NCBI RefSeq assembly: GCF_041199985.1
Contig: NZ_CP165647.1
Coordinates: 606,864 to 670,863, forward strand
Direction: 5' to 3'
Source: Leptotrichia alba
GTDB lineage: Bacteria > Fusobacteriota > Fusobacteriia > Fusobacteriales > Leptotrichiaceae
DNA length: 64,000 nucleotides
Shown one piece after another: positions 40,895 through 50,327 of the stretch. Each line of letters starts with the position of its first letter. Position 1 is the first letter of the stretch. The position numbers and the translations under genes are program-made. The notes under the pieces were generated by a model, which was not told the DNA's origin, ran no database searches, and saw only the letters and a list, made by a program, of their open reading frames with translations.

Positions 40895-41002
40895 TTTTTA
40901 GAAATAAAATTGTTTATTAAAATTTTAGGTAATAATAAAACATTATTATAATTAATTTGTCATTTTTAGAAAAAAGTTTAAAAACATAAAGGAGGAATTA
41001 AA

Positions 41003-41620
41003 ATGGCTAGACAAAATGATGGTACAGTAGTAAAAATTATCTTAAGAGTAGCAATTGGAGTATTTGCGTTAATTTTATTTGGTACAGGAATATTTTTTAT
41101 TTTTAATGCAAAAAATAAAATATCAAAATTGGAAAAAGAGAAAAAAGAACAAGCGGAAATGCAAACTATGACTAATGTTCAGACACCACCACAGCAGTTA
41201 CAGCCAGGTGGAACGGTAGTAACAGATCCACAGCAGCAAGCAGCGTTACAACAAGCACAATTGCAGCAACAAGCTGCTAATCAAGTTCCACAAAGAACAG
41301 TGAACAGAACAAATACCAACAAGAGTAAAAATAATAAAAATACAAATACCAATCAAACAATACCAACTAGAGAAAGAACGCTTATAACAAAATCATCAGA
41401 TTTGGATCTAGTAAATATAAGAAAAAATCCAAATTCGAGTTCAACTATAGTAAACGAGCTAGACGATAATGAAAAAGTGAAAGTAACAGGAAAAAATGGA
41501 GATTGGTACAGAGTTCAAGATTCCAAAGGAAACAAAGGGTATATTCATAAAAGCCAGTTACAAAAAACCCAAAACAAACCTGCTAAACAAGACTATGATG
41601 AGAGTGATGAGCAAGAATAA
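41003..41620 (+). CDS. membrane-anchored SH3b-domain protein, paralog 2 (Q-rich and N/T-rich linker)
   Basis: Same architecture as paralog 1: TM, then NKISKLEKEKKE, low-complexity linker, SH3b C-terminus (GDWYRVQDSKGNKGYIHKSQL). Confidence 0.6.
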   Translation: MARQNDGTVVKIILRVAIGVFALILFGTGIFFIFNAKNKISKLEKEKKEQAEMQTMTNVQTPPQQLQPGGTVVTDPQQQAALQQAQLQQQAANQVPQRTVNRTNTNKSKNNKNTNTNQTIPTRERTLITKSSDLDLVNIRKNPNSSSTIVNELDDNEKVKVTGKNGDWYRVQDSKGNKGYIHKSQLQKTQNKPAKQDYDESDEQE

Positions 41621-41810
41621 TTAATTCAAATTGTAAAAATAAAAAATGACAAATACATCTATGAAACCTGTTCTAATTAAAGGCAAAAGAGCAGGTTTTT
41701 TTATTTGTAAAAATCAAATGTTTTTGTTAAAAAATTTAAATTTTTTGTTCATAAAAACTGGAAATATGATATACTATACTAATGTTAGTTTTGTGAAAGG
41801 AAAGTAAGAA

Positions 41811-42443
41811 ATGAAGAAAATATTATTTTTGAGCATATTCCTAATTTTCAATTTAGGATTTTCAGATTTGAACGATACAATTAAAAATCATTACAAAAAT
41901 AGGATAATTCTGGTATCGAAACCAAAAGAGAGCAATAGAAAAGCTGCAACAGGTGGATACATTGATGGAAAATGGTATGCGTGGTATGACAATACTTTTA
42001 TTGGGAAGGAAGAAGTGACTACTGAAAAATTTCATAAGTTTAAGAGTTTGGAAGTTGAAGTAGTTGGTATGAAATTTAATTACGGAGATGAAGATCAATA
42101 CGGAGATAGAAACCTTGATATATATTTGAAAGTTTCAGATTTCAAATTAACTGATGAGTATGGAAATATCTATACACCAAATAATTATCCTAATGAAGAA
42201 AAGAAAAAATTTATACCAAATATAGTTATAGATAATCGTGATTTAGAAAGATATTTTGAACATTATGCAAATGATAAAAATTTAAAATTCATTGGATCAG
42301 AAAAGATAGATAAAAGTTCAAAATTAGTTACACTAGATACAGTTCCAACTAAATTGACATTTTTAACAAGACAATATGAAACTGTTTGTGCTAGTAATGA
42401 TGGTAAGATAATATATTTAAGTTGTGACATAAATAGAAAATAA
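41811..42443 (+). CDS. secreted hypothetical protein, paralog A (shared GGYIDGKWYAWY ... LKVSDFKL ... YTPNNYP motifs)
   Basis: Signal peptide; paralogous to the next gene; no known domain recognised. Confidence 0.5.
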   Translation: MKKILFLSIFLIFNLGFSDLNDTIKNHYKNRIILVSKPKESNRKAATGGYIDGKWYAWYDNTFIGKEEVTTEKFHKFKSLEVEVVGMKFNYGDEDQYGDRNLDIYLKVSDFKLTDEYGNIYTPNNYPNEEKKKFIPNIVIDNRDLERYFEHYANDKNLKFIGSEKIDKSSKLVTLDTVPTKLTFLTRQYETVCASNDGKIIYLSCDINRK

Positions 42444-42472
42444 TTATTAAAAATTGAAAAGGAGAAAAATAA

Positions 42473-43042
42473 ATGAAAAAATTTATATTAATAACATCAA
42501 TATTTCTAAGTTTCAATTTCTTGATTAAAGGTTATGAAGGTGGTTATATAGATGGTAAATGGTATGCTTTTTATAATAATACCTATAGAGAAAGAGGATG
42601 TATACAAGACAAGTTTGATGAAGGTCCAGCAGGATGCTCAGAATTTGGAACGAATATATCTATAAATAAAGTAGATCTTATGGTAATTGGAATAGCAGAA
42701 ATTAAAGATAAAGTATTATTAAAAGTTTCAGATTTTAAATTGAACATTAATAACCGATTTTTTGAAAAAGATATGACATATACACCTAATAATTATCCAG
42801 TAAGACCTAATTATAAAGGAAATCAGAAATTTCCAATATTTTATTTTTCTAATAAAGAGGCTTTGCTTTCCTATTTAAAAGAAAACAATAAAAATATGAC
42901 ATTTAATGGAAAAGAATGGATAGAGGATTATAACGGCAAAAAGATAAAATTTTTGGGGGTTGACTCAATTAATTTAAAATGGGAACCTAAATATCCACCT
43001 TATTACACAAGTGAAAAAGGAGATAAAATTGAATTAAATTAA
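42473..43042 (+). CDS. secreted hypothetical protein, paralog B
   Basis: Signal peptide plus shared motifs GGYIDGKWYAFY, LKVSDFKL, YTPNNYP. Confidence 0.5.
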   Translation: MKKFILITSIFLSFNFLIKGYEGGYIDGKWYAFYNNTYRERGCIQDKFDEGPAGCSEFGTNISINKVDLMVIGIAEIKDKVLLKVSDFKLNINNRFFEKDMTYTPNNYPVRPNYKGNQKFPIFYFSNKEALLSYLKENNKNMTFNGKEWIEDYNGKKIKFLGVDSINLKWEPKYPPYYTSEKGDKIELN

Positions 43043-43140
43043 AAAAGAAATTATTTTAAAAATATTTATAATTGTATTTACAATAAGAATAATTAAGTAA
43101 ACTTGAAAAAATTTTTTGTAATTAAAGGAGATATTTTGAA

Positions 43141-43602
43141 ATGCGGAAAAAAGATCACCATATAGTGGTAAAAATTATGTTTGGAATGATAGTTGTGCTA
43201 ATTTTATTGACTGTTGGATATTCTCATGTTGTGGCTACACAGCATAAAACAATAAAATTAAGAAGAGAACAGCAGGAGCGGATGAGAAGGGAGCAGGAAA
43301 TTAAAAATATGCAAAGTATGGCTTCTATAAAATCAGTGCAGCCACAAAAATTACAAATACGAAATAATAGTCAAAGTGATACTGAAAATCCACAGTCGTT
43401 AAAAGATGCATTATTTGTAACGAGGTCAACGAGTAAAATGTCAGTTAATGTGAGAAAAACACCTGGTAAAGATTCAAAAATTGTGAAAAAATTGCCTAAT
43501 GGTGTAAGTGTAAAATTTTTAAGTAAAGAAGGAAATTGGTATTTGGTCAGTTATGAAGGTGGTGCGGCTGGATATATTCATAAAAGTCAGTTGGCGAAGT
43601 GA
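43141..43602 (+). CDS. membrane-anchored SH3b-domain protein, paralog 3
   Basis: TM, then KTIKLRREQQE, linker, SH3b C-terminus (GNWYLVSYEGGAAGYIHKSQL). Confidence 0.6.
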   Translation: MRKKDHHIVVKIMFGMIVVLILLTVGYSHVVATQHKTIKLRREQQERMRREQEIKNMQSMASIKSVQPQKLQIRNNSQSDTENPQSLKDALFVTRSTSKMSVNVRKTPGKDSKIVKKLPNGVSVKFLSKEGNWYLVSYEGGAAGYIHKSQLAK

Positions 43603-43654
43603 ATTTAAATAAAATAGCATAATTTAATGTTAAAACAATATTGAAAAATTTTGT

Positions 43655-43683
43655 TTGACTTATATTTTTACACATTGTATAAT
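43655..43683 (+). promoter_or_regulatory. consensus sigma70-type promoter for glnN: TTGACT, 17-nt spacer, TATAAT
   Basis: Both hexamers and the spacing seen directly, about 75 nt upstream of the glnN start. Confidence 0.5.
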
Positions 43684-43760
43684 AAATTATATTAAAGTGA
43701 ATTTGGTGAAATAATAGCCAATTCAATGATAAATGATAATTAAGAAAGAGGTAAAAATTT

Positions 43761-45866
43761 ATGGAAAACGCTATGAAAAGTTTTGGAGAGAATGTCTTTA
43801 GAGACAGTAACTTGAAAAAAAGAGTTTCCAAGGACGTTTTTAAGGAATTTAAGGCATCACAGCTAGGTAAAACGGAATTATCAAAGGGAGCTGCCGAAGT
43901 TATTGCGAACGCTATAAAAGATTGGGCGACAAAAAGAGGGGCAACTCACTATTGCCACTGGTTCCAGCCATTGACAGACTTGACGGCAGAAAAACACGAC
44001 TCATTCTTAGAACCGACAGAAAGTGAAGAACTTATTTATAAATTTTCTGGAAAAAATTTGATAAAAGGTGAATCGGATGCTTCATCGTTTCCAAATGGAG
44101 GATTACGTAGCACATTTGAAGCAAGAGGATACACAATCTGGGATACAAGTTCATATCCGTTTATAAGAGAAAATAAAAACGGAGTTACATTGTATATTCC
44201 GACTGCCTTTATTTCATTTACTGGTGAAGCGTTGGACAAAAAAGTACCTTTATTAAGAACAATGAAATATATAAGCGAGCAATCATTGAGAGTTTTAAGA
44301 GCTTTAGGAAATAAAACCTCGGAGCATGTATTTAACACTTTGGGAGTAGAGCAGGAATATTTTCTTGTAAAAAAAGATATGTTTGAATCAAGAGATGATT
44401 TACTGCTTACAGGACGAACGTTATTTGGAGCATCTGCACCAAAAGGACAGGAGCTGAGTGACCATTATTTTGGAAAAATTAAAGAAAAAGTAATTAACTT
44501 TATGAGTGATGTTGATGTTGAATTGTGGAAACTAGGTATTCCGTCGAAAACTAGACACAACGAAGTCGCACCAAACCAGTTTGAAGTTGCACCTTTATTT
44601 TCTGTAGCAAACTTAGCTTCAGACCAAAATCAGATAATAATGGAAACTATTGAAAAAACAGCATTAAGACACGATTTAGTGGCATTGCTTCACGAAAAGC
44701 CGTTTGCTGGAGTAAATGGTTCAGGAAAACACAATAACTGGTCATTGGCAACAGATGAGGGCAAAAACTTGTTCAGTCCTGGAAAAGACCCAAAAACAAA
44801 TACTCAATTCCTAATTTTTGTAGCTGCGGTAATTGAAGCAGTTGACAGATATTATCCAATGTTGAGATATGCGACTGCAACTGCTACAAATGACCATAGA
44901 TTAGGAGGACACGAAGCTCCACCAACAATTATCTCAATTTTTTTAGGAGATGAGTTGACAACAATTTTTAACAATATTGCATATAAAAAAGATGCTCCAG
45001 TTTCTGAATCATCAAAAGTAAATTTATCAGTTGATGTATTGCCAACGTTTAATATGGATGCTGGCGATAGAAATAGAACTTCTCCATTTGCGTTTACTGG
45101 AAATAAATTTGAATTTAGAATGCCAGGTTCAAGTTCTACGCCTGCAACTACTGCGGCAGTTATAAATGCGATGGTAGGAAAAGTTCTGTCTGAATATGCA
45201 GATAAACTGGAAAAAGCGACTGAAAAATCTTTACCAAAAGTAATAAATGAAATTATTGTAAATTCATATAAAAAACATCATAGAATCATTTTCAATGGAA
45301 ATGGATATGGTGATGAATGGGTAAAAGAAGCTAGAAAAAGAGGACTTGCAAGCGATGAGGCTTCAAATACAGCGCTTAGAAGAATGATAGATAAAGATGT
45401 TCTTGAATTAACACAAGAAATAGGAATGCTGTCTGAGCATGAATCAATCGCAAGATACAACGCTTATGCTGAAAGATACGTGACACAGTTAAGCATTGAA
45501 TCAAGAACTCTTATTGACATTGCAAATAAAAATATTTTGCCATCTGGAATAAAATTTGCAAATTTACTGGCTGATCATATTGAAAAAAATTCAAAATATG
45601 GAAAAGCGTTTATAAAAGAGCAGGAAGAATTGCTAAAGGAAGTTTTGGCAAATATTACTGCTTTAAGAAAAGAAGTAAAATCTCTTGAAAAAGAAATTAA
45701 CAGAGTTAAAAATGAATCAAATTTAGAAAAACAGACAGATTTAGCAAAAGAAAAATTGGTAACAGGACTGGAAGCGTTGAGAGTTCCTTGTGATAATTTG
45801 GAAAGAATTGTGGATAAGGAATTTTGGAATTTTCCTACATACACTGATTTGCTGTTTAAATTGTAA
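43761..45866 (+). CDS. glnN: glutamine synthetase type III
   Basis: 701-aa length and the characteristic GSIII N-terminal region (ATHYCHWFQP), not the GSI length or motifs. Confidence 0.9.
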   Translation: MENAMKSFGENVFRDSNLKKRVSKDVFKEFKASQLGKTELSKGAAEVIANAIKDWATKRGATHYCHWFQPLTDLTAEKHDSFLEPTESEELIYKFSGKNLIKGESDASSFPNGGLRSTFEARGYTIWDTSSYPFIRENKNGVTLYIPTAFISFTGEALDKKVPLLRTMKYISEQSLRVLRALGNKTSEHVFNTLGVEQEYFLVKKDMFESRDDLLLTGRTLFGASAPKGQELSDHYFGKIKEKVINFMSDVDVELWKLGIPSKTRHNEVAPNQFEVAPLFSVANLASDQNQIIMETIEKTALRHDLVALLHEKPFAGVNGSGKHNNWSLATDEGKNLFSPGKDPKTNTQFLIFVAAVIEAVDRYYPMLRYATATATNDHRLGGHEAPPTIISIFLGDELTTIFNNIAYKKDAPVSESSKVNLSVDVLPTFNMDAGDRNRTSPFAFTGNKFEFRMPGSSSTPATTAAVINAMVGKVLSEYADKLEKATEKSLPKVINEIIVNSYKKHHRIIFNGNGYGDEWVKEARKRGLASDEASNTALRRMIDKDVLELTQEIGMLSEHESIARYNAYAERYVTQLSIESRTLIDIANKNILPSGIKFANLLADHIEKNSKYGKAFIKEQEELLKEVLANITALRKEVKSLEKEINRVKNESNLEKQTDLAKEKLVTGLEALRVPCDNLERIVDKEFWNFPTYTDLLFKL

Positions 45867-45881
45867 AATGAATAGGAAAGT

Positions 45882-45913
45882 GCAGGGACTTTTAGGAGTC
45901 CTTGCTTTAATTT
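45882..45913 (+). terminator. Rho-independent terminator of glnN (GCAGGGACT-tttagg-AGTCCTTGC followed by a T-rich tract)
   Basis: 9-bp stem with one G-U pair. Confidence 0.6.
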
Positions 45914-45998
45914 GTAAGAAAATTTTTGCATACTTAAAAAACATTGTTTATTAAAAATTATAAGTAATGACTGTAACTAAGGAAAGGAAAGTTAAAAA

Positions 45999-46961
45999 AT
46001 GATTTTTTTAAAGTCACTGGGAAGTATTTTCCCGATAATCGTTATGATTGCAATCGGATATATTTTGAAAAAAAGACACTGGTTTCATCATACATTTAGT
46101 GAAAATGTATCAAAACTTATAACAAATGTGGCATTGCCTTGCTCAATATTTTACTCAGTTTTAAAATATTTGAATATGGAAGCCTTGAAGGAAGTGTCAA
46201 ATCGACTGATTTTTACGTTTGCTTCAGTCATTATCGGATATGTTGCGGCTTTTGCTGTAATAAAGCTGGTAAAAATGAGAAAAGGGCGACGTGGAGTGTT
46301 TTATAATGCAGTAGTTAATGCAAATACTATCTTTATTGGACTCCCATTAAATATGGCGCTTTTTGGAGAAGCGGCTTCAAAATATTATCTGATGTACTAC
46401 ATTACAAATACTGTGTCAATTTGGACTTTGGGATATATGCTTCTCGCAAGCGATCCTATGGAAAATAACGGAGATACAAAGGGTGAATTCAATTTGAAAA
46501 AATTGTTATCGCCACCGCTTATTGCATTTGTAATTGCTTTTATTGTGCTGTTATCAGGAATAAGAGTCATAACTCCGATTGTGGAAACTACAAAATATCT
46601 TGGAAGTGTTGTAACGCCGCTTGCTTTACTTTATATTGGAATTGTTCTGGCGGATGCGGGGCTTCATAGTATCAGGTTTGATTTGGATACAAATTTGGCT
46701 CTGCTTGGAAGATTTGTATTTTCTTCAGTTGTTATGATTGTGCTTTTAAAAATTGCAGTGCATTTTGTAAAACTTGATCCATTAGAAATAAAAACTTTTG
46801 TAATTCAGTCGGCGGCTCCAGTGTTTGCAGCTTTGCCAATTTTGACAAATGAAACGAAGGGAGATATTGGATATTCTACAAATGTGGTTACTACAAGTAC
46901 GATTTTATTTATATTAGTTGTGCCGCTGTTAATGAGTATTTTGAATATTATACACATTTAA
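45999..46961 (+). CDS. AEC-family (auxin efflux carrier / malate permease-like) transporter
   Basis: Approximately 10 TM helices in two repeated halves, 320 aa. Confidence 0.75.
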   Translation: MIFLKSLGSIFPIIVMIAIGYILKKRHWFHHTFSENVSKLITNVALPCSIFYSVLKYLNMEALKEVSNRLIFTFASVIIGYVAAFAVIKLVKMRKGRRGVFYNAVVNANTIFIGLPLNMALFGEAASKYYLMYYITNTVSIWTLGYMLLASDPMENNGDTKGEFNLKKLLSPPLIAFVIAFIVLLSGIRVITPIVETTKYLGSVVTPLALLYIGIVLADAGLHSIRFDLDTNLALLGRFVFSSVVMIVLLKIAVHFVKLDPLEIKTFVIQSAAPVFAALPILTNETKGDIGYSTNVVTTSTILFILVVPLLMSILNIIHI

Positions 46962-47226
46962 AGGAAAAAAATTAGGAAATCATTGATTTGGTTTTCTTTT
47001 TTTTCAAATTTTACATTATTTAATATAGAAGAAATTTTTAGTTTAGCTCAAGTAATTTTGTTACTTAAGCTTACTTTTGATAGAGCTGAGTATATCTTGA
47101 AATTAACGGGAAAATATGGTAAACTTTTATTGTTGAAATAAAATTAATAAAAATAAAAGTTAAAATAAATAATATAAAAAGGTTTTTGGAATAATTTTAA
47201 TAGAAAATTTGAAAAAGGAGGAAAAA

Positions 47227-47760
47227 GTGAAAAAATTAATAATGTTGCTTGTTTTATTGGTGTCGGGAATATCGTTTTCAGATACTTGTAAATGGATAAA
47301 AAAACCGAATATATTTGTAACTAAGGAAATTGAATTAATAAAAAAATCTAATTTAAAAGGGAAAGTTTATTGTGATGTAGAACACGATTTTATGACTTAT
47401 TATGTTGGAATAGATAATTTGGAAGTCGGATTAGTTTATAATATGAAGGGAGAGTTGAATTATGAAAATGTTTCTAAGTTAATAAATGACTTTGAAAATG
47501 ATATTCTAAAATTAATTCCAAATAATATTCCGAAAAAAAATAAAAAAAATATACCGAGATATTATACTTATAGACTTTATATTTTTGATGAAGATAAAAA
47601 GGATACTTTTATGCTTTTTAAGTATATTTTAGATACAAATACAATGGATGAAGATTGGAAAATGTATTACAATAATGAAATTTTTTCAGAAGTAGATGAT
47701 GAAATAGTGGGAATTTTAAAAAGAAGCGGGTATGATCCTACAGAAGATATTATATATTAA
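47227..47760 (+). CDS. secreted hypothetical protein (probable GTG start after RBS AAGGAGG; the ORF track starts at an upstream TTG at 47209)
   Basis: Signal peptide VKKLIMLLVLLVSGISFS. No recognisable domain. Confidence 0.45.
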   Translation: MKKLIMLLVLLVSGISFSDTCKWIKKPNIFVTKEIELIKKSNLKGKVYCDVEHDFMTYYVGIDNLEVGLVYNMKGELNYENVSKLINDFENDILKLIPNNIPKKNKKNIPRYYTYRLYIFDEDKKDTFMLFKYILDTNTMDEDWKMYYNNEIFSEVDDEIVGILKRSGYDPTEDIIY

Positions 47761-47772
47761 GCAAGGAGAAAA

Positions 47773-48645
47773 ATGGAATTAATCTTAGAAGAAGATATTA
47801 TATACAAAACCAAAGTGAATGATTTTGGAGTAGAACCTGTCAACAAAAGAATTATAACGACTGGACAAAAATTAATATATTATAGAAATAAAAAATTTGA
47901 AAAAGAAAGTGGCGGGAAAGTAAAAAATTGTGAAATTATAAAATATATAAAGGAAAAAAACCAGCTTTTTGTTTCAAGTATGTTTTTTGTTTCAACTCCG
48001 TACGGAAAGGTATATAAATGTGACGGAAATAAAAAGAAAATAGTGGAGCTTGTTTTTGATATGGGCGATGTGATAAAAGTTATGAATTTTATTACAAACG
48101 GTAGAATCGTGTATATTGAAAATAGTAATCTTTTTTCATACGATGTGGATACAAACGAATTAATTTCCACAAAATTAATGAAAAATAAAAAAAATGGGAG
48201 CTATAAAATTTTCACAAGTGGAGAAAATGTTATAATCAAATTCAGGGAAGATTATAAGCAGATAAATACTATAAGTATTTTTGAAAATAAATTAAAAAAA
48301 ATATTTGAAATAAAAACTGAAAATAATCACACTTATTCAAAAATAGTTGGACTTCAATATTTTGCAGGAACGGAAGATGGAGAAGTAGAAATATGGAACA
48401 TCTTGGATCAGGAACTATACAATTCTATAAAAATTTCAGACTTAAAAATAACTTACATAGAAGAGTTCGAAGGCAAATATTTTATTGGATTTGAAAATGG
48501 GGAGCTAATAATTACAGATAATAAATTTAATCTTTTGAAAAAGGAAAAAGTTTTAAAAGATAGAATTATGAAAATATGTGTAATTGATAATGAAATATAT
48601 ATTCTTGGATGTGAAAATAGGATAGTTAAATATAGGATGGTCTAA
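47773..48645 (+). CDS. hypothetical cytoplasmic protein, possibly beta-propeller-like; translationally coupled to the preceding gene
   Basis: Repeated G-x-x-D/NG-x-V/I-x-I motifs (GTEDGEVEIWNI, GFENGELIITDN). 12-nt intergenic gap. Confidence 0.4.
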   Translation: MELILEEDIIYKTKVNDFGVEPVNKRIITTGQKLIYYRNKKFEKESGGKVKNCEIIKYIKEKNQLFVSSMFFVSTPYGKVYKCDGNKKKIVELVFDMGDVIKVMNFITNGRIVYIENSNLFSYDVDTNELISTKLMKNKKNGSYKIFTSGENVIIKFREDYKQINTISIFENKLKKIFEIKTENNHTYSKIVGLQYFAGTEDGEVEIWNILDQELYNSIKISDLKITYIEEFEGKYFIGFENGELIITDNKFNLLKKEKVLKDRIMKICVIDNEIYILGCENRIVKYRMV

Positions 48646-48964
48646 AATATTTTATTTACAATCGCAGTTATTAATTTAGCTGTGATTTTTTAATAAATTT
48701 AAATTTTTTTGAAAATTCATTTTGTAATTTTAATTGTAAAAATTATATATAAATGTTATAATTTGGCGAAAAAATAAGTCAAAAAAGTGAATAAAAATAT
48801 GGGGAAAATAAATAAAGTCTTAAAACTATGAATATATTTTAAAGTCGAACATAAAAGTTGTGACTATTTTATTCAAACTTTAAATTTATTTAAGTTTTTA
48901 TTCAGTTCGATTTTAAAAAGTTGGAATATAATATGAAAGAAACAGGAAAGGAAGTGGGAATGAG

Positions 48965-49819
48965 TTGGAAAACTATAAAATTAAGCTATATGGATTCAAT
49001 AATTTAACAAAAACATTAAGTTTTAATATTTATGATATTTGCTATGCGGAAACAGAGAGGGAGCAGAAGGACTATATTGCATATATTGATGAGCAGTATA
49101 ATTCAGAAAGGCTCACAAAAATACTCATCCGTGTGGCAGAAATGATAGGGGCGCAAGTTTTGAATATATCAAAGCAGGATTACGAGCCACAAGGAGCCTC
49201 TGTAAATGTTTTGATTGCAGAAGAAAGAATAAGTCCTGAGAATATTGATAAATCATGTAATCAAGGGAAGCCGTTCTTTGAGGAAATTGGGATAGATAAA
49301 GAGAATATGAAAAAGGGAAATACAAGTCAAGACACTGATACAGTGCATGCACATTTGGATAAAAGCCATATAACAGTGCATACTTTTCCAGAATATCATC
49401 CAGATAATTCAATTTCTACTTTCAGAGTGGATATTGACATTGCAACTTGCGGAGAAATTTCTCCATTAAATACGCTAAATTATCTGATAGACAGCTTTGA
49501 TTCGGATATAATTACGATTGATTACAGAATACGTGGATTTACAAGGGATATTTCAGGAAAAAAATTTTTTACAGATCATAATATAACTTCTATTCAGGAT
49601 TATATTGAGCCTGAAAAGTTAAAAATTTACGATGCAATTGATGTAAATGTATATCAGTCAAATATTTTTCATACAAAAATGCTCATAAAGGAAATTGAAT
49701 TAAAAAATTATCTTTTTAATCAGGATGTCTATGAGATTGCACCGAAAAAAAGACTGGAAATTACAGATAGACTTAGGAAGGAAATGATTGAAATTTATAG
49801 TGGAATGAATATTTATTAA
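48965..49819 (+). CDS. speD: S-adenosylmethionine decarboxylase proenzyme (E. coli SpeD type), TTG start
   Basis: Near-colinear with E. coli SpeD (KLYGFNNLTKTLSFNIYDICYA, HLDKSHITVHTFPE). The only in-frame start after the RBS GGAAGTGGG is TTG at 48965. Confidence 0.9.
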   Translation: MENYKIKLYGFNNLTKTLSFNIYDICYAETEREQKDYIAYIDEQYNSERLTKILIRVAEMIGAQVLNISKQDYEPQGASVNVLIAEERISPENIDKSCNQGKPFFEEIGIDKENMKKGNTSQDTDTVHAHLDKSHITVHTFPEYHPDNSISTFRVDIDIATCGEISPLNTLNYLIDSFDSDIITIDYRIRGFTRDISGKKFFTDHNITSIQDYIEPEKLKIYDAIDVNVYQSNIFHTKMLIKEIELKNYLFNQDVYEIAPKKRLEITDRLRKEMIEIYSGMNIY

Positions 49820-49833
49820 AACTACTATAAAGC

Positions 49834-49859
49834 AAAGGGGAACAGTCGCCATCCCCTTT
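49834..49859 (+). terminator. GC-rich hairpin after speD (AAAGGGGA-loop-TCCCCTTT), weak U-tract
   Basis: 8-bp perfect stem; the downstream tract is not a clean U-run. Confidence 0.4.
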
Positions 49860-49957
49860 ACAATCTTCATTTGTCTAAGCATTTTTTGAAATGAAATTAA
49901 AATTTTGGAAATTTATAATAAATATTTTTTTAATAAAATAAATTTTTTAGTTTTAGT

Positions 49958-50090
49958 AAACTGACGGAGCTTTTATTTGTTCAGCTACGATTGTCTGACG
50001 ACTGAAAGGAGGAGTTTCGGAGTTGGGCAAATAAAAGTCGGAGTCTAGCCATAGGTGCAGGATTTGCGGCAATGAGCAATCCTGCGAAAA
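49958..50090 (+). promoter_or_regulatory. GC-rich (about 47 percent) candidate structured RNA / leader element upstream of the speA-type decarboxylase
   Basis: Local GC far above the flanking AT-rich intergenic DNA. Repeated CGGAG and CTGACG motifs; perfect 8-bp hairpin GCAGGATT/AATCCTGC (50057..50064 / 50078..50085). Confidence 0.3.
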
Positions 50091-50327
50091 TAAAGAAAAA
50101 CATAATAAAAATAGTAAAAACTGTTATTAAACAAAATAATTTAATACTAAAATCCATTAGAAAATAGAAATTATATTAAGGAAAATAAATTTTATTCCTT
50201 GTTAAATAGTATATAATTCAAAATTTATTAAATATTTTCTTTTTAAATAAAGGAATAATATTAATAAAAAATTTTGAAATTTAGAATTGTAATAATTAAA
50301 AGTAAAAATATGAAAGGAGTTGAAGAA

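Noticed and set aside
47045-47071. Hairpin AGCTCAAGTAA/TTACTTAAGCT downstream of the AEC transporter as an ncRNA
   Set aside because: Single imperfect hairpin without a U-tract or conservation evidence. More likely a weak terminator or chance structure.
49958-50090. Assignment of the speA leader to a known riboswitch class (c-di-GMP-I GGGCAAA-like word, guanidine ACGR loops)
   Set aside because: Only isolated short words match. The overall stem and loop organisation does not fit either consensus, so it is left as unclassified.
50072-50167. 31-codon Lys-rich ORF as a real protein-coding gene
   Set aside because: No usable SD: the nearest AGGTG is 14 nt upstream. The start codon is buried in a hairpin loop and the composition mirrors AT-rich intergenic DNA. 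Kept only as a possible leader-peptide feature within the finding.
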